Position numbers and translations under genes: made by a program. 64,000 nt of DNA from Desulfobacteraceae bacterium (GTDB lineage Bacteria > Desulfobacterota > Desulfobacteria > Desulfobacterales > Desulfosalsimonadaceae), in assembly GCA_011390465.1 (NCBI GenBank), contig JAABSH010000014.1:5549-69548 (forward strand), written 5' to 3'. This document shows positions 57,101-64,000 of the stretch, one piece after another. The notes beneath the pieces are model-generated. The model saw only the letters and a list, made by a program, of their open reading frames with translations. It did not search any database and was not told where the DNA came from. Each line of letters opens with the position of its first letter. The stretch's first letter is position 1.

Positions 57101-57356
57101 TTCCTACAATAAAATGGGGGAGCGGATCAGAAAAGTCGGCATGATCGATGACGGCGATTATTATCCGGATCACGAAGAAGACCCGGCGGCGGTACTCGAT
57201 TTTGTCTGGATCGAGAGGTTCAAAAACGATGTTGATCTGAAATTGAAAGTGGGCAATATTTTACGGGAAGAAACCGTCTGGACCCAGGGTGGCAGAGTGA
57301 CCCAGGAATTCAAAGATCCCATGACCTTTAGTGCCGGGTTGTCTTATACGTGGTAA
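54165..57356 (+). CDS. TonB-dependent receptor with two N-terminal carboxypeptidase-regulatory-like domains
   Basis: Two CarboxypepD_reg-like segments ([19 protein letters not shown]...DADGS and [21 protein letters not shown]...NEDGYF); plug region ([26 protein letters not shown]); long beta-barrel ending in LSYTW. The ATG directly follows the upstream TAG. Confidence 0.8.
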   Translation: [1063 protein letters not shown]

Positions 57357-57482
57357 GAGAGAGTGAATTTTTTAATGTATCGTTGTTCATTCTCTGGTCA
57401 TAGACTGAAGGCTGAAGGAACTCAGGCTGAAGAAGCGAAGGAGTTGATCCTTTTTTATTCTTCCCCTTCAGCATTGTAATTT

Positions 57483-58307
57483 TTACCCGGAATGGGGTTT
57501 AATGATGGTTCCCCCGGCACGCTGCCCGGCCTTTTGCTCGAATTCCGGCTGGAATCCCGGGGAATAATTCATGTAAGCGGGAACCGGATACCGCAGGCCG
57601 GCCTCGTGGGTGGCGGCAAGACCTTCCATCAGCGATTCCAGCTTGTTGCGGGGACAGGCAAACATCACCTCTGCGTCCTGGGCCCCGCCCCAGATCCGGT
57701 CTCCGTTGCCCAGCATCACCAGTTGCGGTTGATTGGTGACGATGGCTTTCACCACCCCTTCATGACATGAACCGATCCGGCCGGCGGACGAAAACGCCAG
57801 CACCCCGCCTTCAACATACAGATATCCCTGGATAAACCGCATGGCCTGTGCCGGCAGGCAATATACCAGGATCACATCGGGTTCAATTTTGGTTCTTGCC
57901 AGAGGAGAGATCACCAATCCTTTTATGGGGTCCTCAAACCGGAACAGATGCCGGGCCAGTTTTTCAGCGGTCAGGGTATCTTTTGCATACAACCCGACGC
58001 TGAACTGATTGCTCCATTTGACGGTCTCTTCCGTTATGGGGTCCCACCCGTAAATCGACCGGGCCAGAAGGCAATTGACATCCTCGTCCCGCACCTCAAT
58101 GGTCCATCCATAGGTGCGCGACATTTTAAAATTCTGGCACACAAAATTCTGAATATTGAAGTCAATGGAAGGCCTTTTAAATTGAGATACCGGGCCTGCA
58201 TCGGATCGGATTACCTGAACGGCCAGCGGAAATGTGGCCGGCCGGATATATTTTTCAATTTCTTCTCCCATTTGGTGATACGGTTTAAGCGGTTGTTCCA
58301 TATTCAT
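57483..58307 (-). CDS. DUF169-like protein
   Basis: Size and overall pattern resemble the DUF169 family. This is a weak recognition from memory, with no catalytic motif known. Confidence 0.45.
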   Translation of the reverse strand: MNMEQPLKPYHQMGEEIEKYIRPATFPLAVQVIRSDAGPVSQFKRPSIDFNIQNFVCQNFKMSRTYGWTIEVRDEDVNCLLARSIYGWDPITEETVKWSNQFSVGLYAKDTLTAEKLARHLFRFEDPIKGLVISPLARTKIEPDVILVYCLPAQAMRFIQGYLYVEGGVLAFSSAGRIGSCHEGVVKAIVTNQPQLVMLGNGDRIWGGAQDAEVMFACPRNKLESLMEGLAATHEAGLRYPVPAYMNYSPGFQPEFEQKAGQRAGGTIIKPHSG

Positions 58308-58653
58308 TATCTCCTGTCATTAAGTGAACCTCGACGTGATTTCGAATCTCGAATTAAGTAACCCTTAAAAAAATTTACTCTAAAAATCCATCAGTTACCA
58401 GAGTCTTTTTTTAAATCTTCATAAGGGCCGTATCGGGTGCGTGCGTTCATGCAGCACTACTTGATTGCGTGTTCCTTTTTTTCGGAGAATTGTTTTTTGG
58501 CTTGGTTCGCCCCTTGCTTCCTGTGGAGCGTTTAAAAATTTGAAAAATTTATTTTTATTTTAAATTGAGGATGTTAATTTATGTTTGGGTTTAACCATTA
58601 CAATTTTCGGGATTACCAATCTTACCGAATTAAAAAATTTTGCCGGGGGCACG

Positions 58654-59808
58654 ATGACAAAAAATATCGACAATTATCGCAACCTTCAGAAACACCTGAA
58701 CCGCCAGCCGGTGGGATATCCCAGAACCTTTTCCGGAGCGGACATAAAGGTTTTAAAGCATATTTTCACCGAAGCAGAAGCCCGGGTGGCCACTTTTCTG
58801 GATTACCGGTTTCAGGATATTGACGTCATATATAAAAAGCACGGAACCGTTGGATATTCCAAAGAAGAATTAAACGAAATTCTATATGGGATGGCGAAAA
58901 AAGGCGGAATCGGCTACCGGGAAAAACACGGGCGGCCCTGTTACTGCAACATGCCCCTGGTGGTGGGCATGTATGAGGGATTTAACAAGTATCTGAGTCA
59001 GGAATTTTTAACGGATTTTGACAAATATACGGCTTCCCCGTCTTTCGGCATCAGTTTTTTAAGCACCGCCGTGCCCCAGATGCGCACCATTCCAGTGGCG
59101 GAAAGCATCACCCCGGAGCACCGGGTGAGCAGCTTTGATCAGGTATCAGCGTTGATTGACGCCGCTCCCGGTCCCTTTGCCGTGCTGGAATGCATCTGCC
59201 GGAAGAAAAAAGCCATGGAAGGCAAAAAATGTCAGGTGACGGACCGGAAGGAAACCTGCCTGGCCGCCAATACCACCGCGGCAGTTGTTCTGGAATATGA
59301 CATGGGCCGGGAGCTATCACGGCAGGAGGCCCTGGCGCTGCTTCGCGAAAATACAAAACAGGGCCTGGTGCTGCAGCCGTCCAACACCCGGGAGATCGAA
59401 TTTGTCTGTTCCTGCTGCGGGTGCTGCTGCGGCATGCTGAATATCCAGAAAAAACTCCCCCGTCCCCTGGATTTCTGGGCTGCCAATTATTACGCGGTCC
59501 TGGATCCGGAAAAGTGCATCCTGTGCGGTGTTTGCGCGAAAACGTGCCAGGTGGAAGCCATTCGCGTGAAAAAGCAGCATAAAAAGATTGTTGAAATCTA
59601 CATTGACGAGAAAAAATGCATTGGGTGCGGCAATTGTGTGACAGCCTGTAAGGTTGATGCCCTGGCCCTGGTAAAAAAAGCCGATGAAACCGTTCCGCCG
59701 GAAAATTTTGAAACCCTTGCCGAAATTCTCATGGCCCGGAAAAAAACCACCTGGGAGAAGGTGAAAATGACCACCCGGCTGATGCTGGGACTGCCTCAGT
59801 CGCGGTGA
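58654..59808 (+). CDS. 4Fe-4S ferredoxin-domain protein
   Basis: CILCGVCAKTCQ and CIGCGNCVTACK cluster motifs plus the additional Cys cluster CSCCGCCCG. ATG 58654 is preferred over the TTG at 58585. Confidence 0.7.
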   Translation: MTKNIDNYRNLQKHLNRQPVGYPRTFSGADIKVLKHIFTEAEARVATFLDYRFQDIDVIYKKHGTVGYSKEELNEILYGMAKKGGIGYREKHGRPCYCNMPLVVGMYEGFNKYLSQEFLTDFDKYTASPSFGISFLSTAVPQMRTIPVAESITPEHRVSSFDQVSALIDAAPGPFAVLECICRKKKAMEGKKCQVTDRKETCLAANTTAAVVLEYDMGRELSRQEALALLRENTKQGLVLQPSNTREIEFVCSCCGCCCGMLNIQKKLPRPLDFWAANYYAVLDPEKCILCGVCAKTCQVEAIRVKKQHKKIVEIYIDEKKCIGCGNCVTACKVDALALVKKADETVPPENFETLAEILMARKKTTWEKVKMTTRLMLGLPQSR

Positions 59809-59816
59809 AAAAAATC

Positions 59817-59844
59817 TTGACTTCAAAAAATTTCATTCTATAAT
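59817..59844 (+). promoter_or_regulatory. near-consensus sigma-70 promoter for the tetR-RND operon
   Basis: TTGACT, 16-nt spacer, TATAAT, ~90 nt upstream of the tetR ATG. Two TGACGAT repeats immediately downstream could be operator half-sites. Confidence 0.5.
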
Positions 59845-59931
59845 CTGACGATCGATTTCAAAAAGTGACGATACGTTCATAGTTTCTGATCCGTTTACCC
59901 AATCCATGAAAAACACCACTTAAGAAGGACC

Positions 59932-60558
59932 ATGAAAAACACCCCCCTTTCCCGCCGGGAGCGGGAAAAATTGCAGCAGCGAAAAGAAATTCTGGCTGCG
60001 GCCCTGGCCCTGTTTTCTGAAAAAGGCTATCACAATGTTCCCATGCAGGAAATTGCAGAAGCCGCGGAATTTGCCATCGGCACCCTGTACAAATTTTTTC
60101 AGAACAAGGAAGACCTCTACAAAGCCCTGGTCATGGAGCAGGGCGATCGCTTTGAAGCGGCCTTTGCGGCTGCCATCCAAGCCCCGGGAGATGAAATCGA
60201 AAAACTGAGAAATTTTGTCCGGGCCCGGCGGGACATGTGCCGGGACAACTTGCCGTTTGTCCGCCTGTTCATCGCCGAGAGCAAGGGGGCCAGCTTTAAT
60301 CTCAAAGCCGGCCTGGATGCGGATCTGCGCGAAAAAATCGACGCCGTTATGGAAAAACTCACCCGTGTTTTTGAAAGCGGAATGAAAAACGGGCGGTTCC
60401 TGAAAATCGCGGATCCTTATTCCCTGGCCGTGGCCCTGGACAGTGTTATTGATGCTTTTGTGCTGCTCTGGGTCGAATCCCCGGAGCGTCACCCGTTTCC
60501 AGAGGATCCGGATGCTATTCTGGATATTTTTTTCAAAGGACTTTTGCCAAAGGCCTGA
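59932..60558 (+). CDS. TetR/AcrR-family transcriptional regulator
   Basis: HTH region YHNVPMQEIAEAAEFAIGTLYKFFQNKEDLY. Upstream of the RND pump genes. Confidence 0.85.
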   Translation: MKNTPLSRREREKLQQRKEILAAALALFSEKGYHNVPMQEIAEAAEFAIGTLYKFFQNKEDLYKALVMEQGDRFEAAFAAAIQAPGDEIEKLRNFVRARRDMCRDNLPFVRLFIAESKGASFNLKAGLDADLREKIDAVMEKLTRVFESGMKNGRFLKIADPYSLAVALDSVIDAFVLLWVESPERHPFPEDPDAILDIFFKGLLPKA

Positions 60559-60640
60559 ATTTTTTTGGCGGATGAACACGGCCCACACCAAATATAAAAA
60601 CCAAATATTATATATGATTAATTATACAGGAGAATTTCAG

Positions 60641-61855
60641 ATGGGACGGAAAACAATGAAAGCACAATCGCATCGCTGGACCCGTGCAATCATGGGACTG
60701 GTGGTGATTTTTGCACTCGCCGCCGGTCTCAGCGCCTGCAACCAGGGGCAATCGCAGCAGGCTCCCGGGGACCGGCCACCCCCCGAAGTGGGGGTGGCGA
60801 TCATCGAAGCACGGACGGTGGAGCTGACCAATGAACTCCCGGGCCGCACTTCGGCGTATCGCATGGCGGAAATCCGGCCCCAGGTGAATGGGATTATTGA
60901 AAAGCGCCTGTTCGAAGAGGGGAGTGATGTAAAGGCCGGCCAGCTGCTGTATCAGATTGATCCGGATCCTTTTCAGGCGGCCCTGGACTCGGCCCTTGCC
61001 TCTCTGGGCCGCACTGAAGCCAATCTGCCCTCTGTCCGGTCCCGGGCCGAGCGCTACAAAGAACTGCTGGAAGACAGGGCCGTGAGCCAGCAGGATTATG
61101 ATGATGCCGCTGCCGCCGTCCGGCAGGTGGAGGCGGATATTAAATACTGGGAAGCCCAGGTGTCCTCGGCCCGCATTAATTTGGCCTACACCCGCGTGAC
61201 CGCGCCGATTTCCGGCCGCATCGGCCGCTCCAGTGTAACGGTCGGGGCCATGGTGACGGCGTATCAGCCGGTGGCCCTTGCCACGATTCAGCAATTGGAC
61301 CCCATCTACGTGGATGTGGCCCAGTCTTCCGCGGAACTGCTGGGTCTCAAACGCAGCCAGGAATCCGGCCGGCTGACCGCTGATGTTGAAGAAGGGAAAA
61401 AAGTCCGGATTCTTCTGGAAGACGGCACCCCCTATGAACATGAGGGGGTGCTCCAGTTTCGGGATGTGACCGTGAATCCTGCCACGGGCTCTTATATTCT
61501 GCGCATTGTGGTGCCCAATCCGGAGCTGATGCTGATGCCCGGCATGTATGTGCAGGCGGTTATCTCGGAAGGCATGGTTCCGGACGCCATTATGGCACCC
61601 CAGCAGGCGGTGACCCGGAATCCCAAGGGAGAAGCCGTGGCCCTGGTGGTGAATGATAATAATGTGGTGGAGCAGCGCATTCTCCAGGTGGAACGGGCCA
61701 TCGGCAATGAATGGCTGGTCAGAAAGGGCCTTGTTCCCGGAGACCGGGCCATTGTGGAAGGCCGGCTCAACGTGCGTCCGGGCGCTGCGGTCCGGGTGGC
61801 GGTGCTGGATGAGCAACCTCCCATGGCCGAACAGACAAAAGACGGAGGGATGTAA
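60641..61855 (+). CDS. RND efflux periplasmic adaptor (AcrA/MexA-like lipoprotein)
   Basis: Lipobox AAGLSAC, then RPQVNGII, LYQIDPDPFQAAL, YTRVTAPISGRIG. aggag sits 8 nt upstream of ATG 60641. Confidence 0.85.
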   Translation: MGRKTMKAQSHRWTRAIMGLVVIFALAAGLSACNQGQSQQAPGDRPPPEVGVAIIEARTVELTNELPGRTSAYRMAEIRPQVNGIIEKRLFEEGSDVKAGQLLYQIDPDPFQAALDSALASLGRTEANLPSVRSRAERYKELLEDRAVSQQDYDDAAAAVRQVEADIKYWEAQVSSARINLAYTRVTAPISGRIGRSSVTVGAMVTAYQPVALATIQQLDPIYVDVAQSSAELLGLKRSQESGRLTADVEEGKKVRILLEDGTPYEHEGVLQFRDVTVNPATGSYILRIVVPNPELMLMPGMYVQAVISEGMVPDAIMAPQQAVTRNPKGEAVALVVNDNNVVEQRILQVERAIGNEWLVRKGLVPGDRAIVEGRLNVRPGAAVRVAVLDEQPPMAEQTKDGGM

Positions 61856-64000
61856 TGCTGTCCAAATTTTTTCTCGACCGTCCGGTTTTTGCCTGGGTGA
61901 TCGCCATTGTCATGATGCTCATGGGCGCGCTGGCCATTTATAATCTGCCCATTGCCCAGTATCCGCCCATTGCGCCGCCGTCCATCGCCATTGACGCGTT
62001 TTATCCCGGCGCGTCCGCGGAAACCGTGGAAAACAGCGTTATTCAGATTATTGAACAGAAAATGACCGGTTTTGATAAACTGCTTTATATGACCGCTGTC
62101 AGTGATTCTTCCGGGGCCGGCCGTATTGAACTCACTTTCGCGCCGGGCACGGACCCGGATCTGGCGTGGACCGAGGTCCAGAATAAGCTGAACCTCGCCA
62201 TGTCCAGCCTTCCGGACGTGATCCAGCGGCAGGGGGTCAAGGTCAGCAAATCCACCCGAAACTGGCTTATGATCGTGGGGCTGATTTCTGAAGACGGCAG
62301 CATGGACGGTAATGACCTCCGGGATTACGCCCAGTCCAATCTGGAAAAAGTGCTGGCCCGGGTGCCCGGCGTCGGAGAGGTGGAAAGTTTCGGGTCCCAG
62401 TATGCCATGCGGGTCTGGCTGAATCCGGACAAGCTCACGGAATTTCAGATGACCATTGAAGATGTCATTGCCGGTCTGCGGGCGTATAATGTGGAAATCT
62501 CCGCCGGGCAGTTCGGGGCCATGCCGGCTGTTGAGGGTCAGCGCCTGAACGCGTCCATTATTGTGCAGAACATGCTCAAAACCCCCGAGGAATTTGCAAA
62601 CGTGCCCCTGCGCATTCAGTCGGACGGTTCTATTATTCGGGTGGGGGATGTGGCCCGGGTGGAACTGGGTACGGAACGTTATGACACGGACGCCTGGTAT
62701 AACGGCAAGCCCACCGCGGCCATGGCCGTACGCCAGGCCGCCGGGGCCAATGCCCTGGAAACCGCGGACGCTATCCGGGACAAAATGATAGAATTGTCCA
62801 GCTATTTTCCGCCGGGGGTCAAGGTTATTTATCCCTATGACACCACGCCGTTTGTGGAAGTGGCCATTGATGAAGTGGTGAAAACCCTGCTTGAGGCAAT
62901 TTTATTGGTGTTTCTGGTGATGTTTCTGTTTCTGGGCAATTTCCGGGCCACCCTGATTCCCACCATGGCGGTGCCCGTGGTGATTCTCGGGACATTTGCC
63001 GTGCTGGGACTGTTCGGGTATTCCATCAATATGCTGACCATGTTTGCCATGGTGCTGGCCATCGGGCTTTTGGTGGATGACGCCATCGTGGTGGTGGAAA
63101 ACGTGGAGCGGGTCATGCACGATGAAGGCCTGCCCCCGAAAGAAGCCACGCGCAAATCCATGGAAGAAATTACCAGCGCCCTGGTGGGCATCGGCCTGGT
63201 GCTGGCGGCGGTGTTCGGGCCCATGGCGTTTTTCGGCGGGTCCACCGGTGTTATTTATCGCCAGTTTTCCGTAACCGTTATTTCCGCCATGCTCCTTTCG
63301 GTTGTGGTGGCCCTGATTTTAACGCCGGTGCTGTGCGCGTCCCTGCTCAAGCCGGTTATTCAGAAAGACGGGGTGTCGGAAACCGGGTTTGTGCTGTTCC
63401 GTCCGTTTTTCCGGTGGTTCAACCGGGGGTTTAACTGGGTCCGGGACAGCTACCAGGCCATGGTGGGCGGCATTCTAAACCGGAAAATCCGGTTTTTTAT
63501 TATTTATCTGATCATCGTGGGCGTTCTGGGATATCTGTTTCAGCGCATGCCCACTGCTTATCTGCCCAATGAAGACCAGGGCATCCTTTTCATTCAGGCG
63601 GAACTGCCCACCGGCGCCACCCATGAACAGACCGCCGGGATCATGGATCAGGTACGGGCTCATTTTATGGAAAATGAGACTGAGGCTGTGGAATCGGTGT
63701 TGACCCTTGTGGGACGAAGTTTTTCCGGGGCCGGTCAGAATCTGGGCATGTCCTTTGTCAAGCTCAAAGACTGGGACCAGCGGGAACGGCCAGACCTGAA
63801 AGTGGGGGCTGTGGCCGGCCGGGCCATGGGCCGGTTCTCTCAGATCCGCAATGCCCGGATTTTCGCGTTTGCACCGCCGGCAGTGGTGGAGCTGGGAACT
63901 TCCCAGGGGTTTGATTTTCAGCTCCAGGACCGTGGCGGCCTGGGCCATGATGCCCTGATGGCCGCCCGAAACCAACTTCTCGGAATGGCGGCGGCGGATG
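61855..64000 (+). CDS. RND efflux permease (AcrB/MexB-like), 5' partial, continues past the window edge
   Basis: My translation starts MLSKFFLDRPVFAWVIAIVMMLMGALAIYNLPIAQYPPIAPPSI..., the conserved AcrB N-terminus. The frame stays open to 64000, which is why it is absent from the ORF track. TAATG overlap with the adaptor gene. Confidence 0.9.
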   Translation, partial: MLSKFFLDRPVFAWVIAIVMMLMGALAIYNLPIAQYPPIAPPSIAIDAFYPGASAETVENSVIQIIEQKMTGFDKLLYMTAVSDSSGAGRIELTFAPGTDPDLAWTEVQNKLNLAMSSLPDVIQRQGVKVSKSTRNWLMIVGLISEDGSMDGNDLRDYAQSNLEKVLARVPGVGEVESFGSQYAMRVWLNPDKLTEFQMTIEDVIAGLRAYNVEISAGQFGAMPAVEGQRLNASIIVQNMLKTPEEFANVPLRIQSDGSIIRVGDVARVELGTERYDTDAWYNGKPTAAMAVRQAAGANALETADAIRDKMIELSSYFPPGVKVIYPYDTTPFVEVAIDEVVKTLLEAILLVFLVMFLFLGNFRATLIPTMAVPVVILGTFAVLGLFGYSINMLTMFAMVLAIGLLVDDAIVVVENVERVMHDEGLPPKEATRKSMEEITSALVGIGLVLAAVFGPMAFFGGSTGVIYRQFSVTVISAMLLSVVVALILTPVLCASLLKPVIQKDGVSETGFVLFRPFFRWFNRGFNWVRDSYQAMVGGILNRKIRFFIIYLIIVGVLGYLFQRMPTAYLPNEDQGILFIQAELPTGATHEQTAGIMDQVRAHFMENETEAVESVLTLVGRSFSGAGQNLGMSFVKLKDWDQRERPDLKVGAVAGRAMGRFSQIRNARIFAFAPPAVVELGTSQGFDFQLQDRGGLGHDALMAARNQLLGMAAAD

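Noticed and set aside
60608-61816. 402-aa antisense ORF opposite the RND adaptor gene
   Set aside because: The adaptor gene on the plus strand has a lipobox and conserved MFP motifs. The antisense frame is His/Gly/Arg-rich with no motif.

Overview
This 64-kb chromosomal window is probably from an anaerobic Desulfobacterota (Deltaproteobacteria-type) genome. That assignment is inferred from gene content only and cannot be checked without a database search. Most of the window is core metabolism and envelope functions: hemL, mpl, truA, argJ, an acyl-CoA synthetase, a CoA-transferase, a hybrid PAS histidine kinase, small stress proteins, a giant cyclic beta-1,2-glucan synthase and a TetR-controlled RND efflux pump that runs off the right edge. 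Five things stand out. (1) A ~9.4-kb integrative element sits in tRNA-Lys(CTT). It is bounded by perfect 73-bp direct repeats and carries a tyrosine integrase, GCGGGACA arm-type repeats at both ends, an orphan HicB-like gene, an 896-aa putative primase-polymerase/helicase replicase and a block of small unknown genes. It has no recognisable virion or conjugation genes. (2) A tetR-activase-glycyl radical enzyme (GRE) operon encodes a GRE with a ~215-aa N-terminal extension that looks like an SCP2 lipid-binding domain. The operon is bracketed by inverted copies of a ~70-bp palindromic repeat. (3) A 993-aa secreted protein contains an exact-phase 1011-bp tandem duplication and three FN3-like modules. 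It lies upstream of a TonB2-type operon (TtpB/TtpC/ExbB/ExbD/TonB/TPR) and a TonB-dependent receptor with two N-terminal carboxypeptidase-regulatory-like domains. (4) A 160-bp MITE with 17-bp perfect terminal inverted repeats and a 9-bp target-site duplication lies in the kptA-like/hemL divergent promoter region. (5) The KptA/Tpt1-like protein is divergent and has a lysine-rich tail. I saw no rRNA genes and no CRISPR array. My best candidates for an undescribed system are the SCP2-like-GRE operon and the tRNA-Lys element cargo. Neither can be proven from sequence reading alone.
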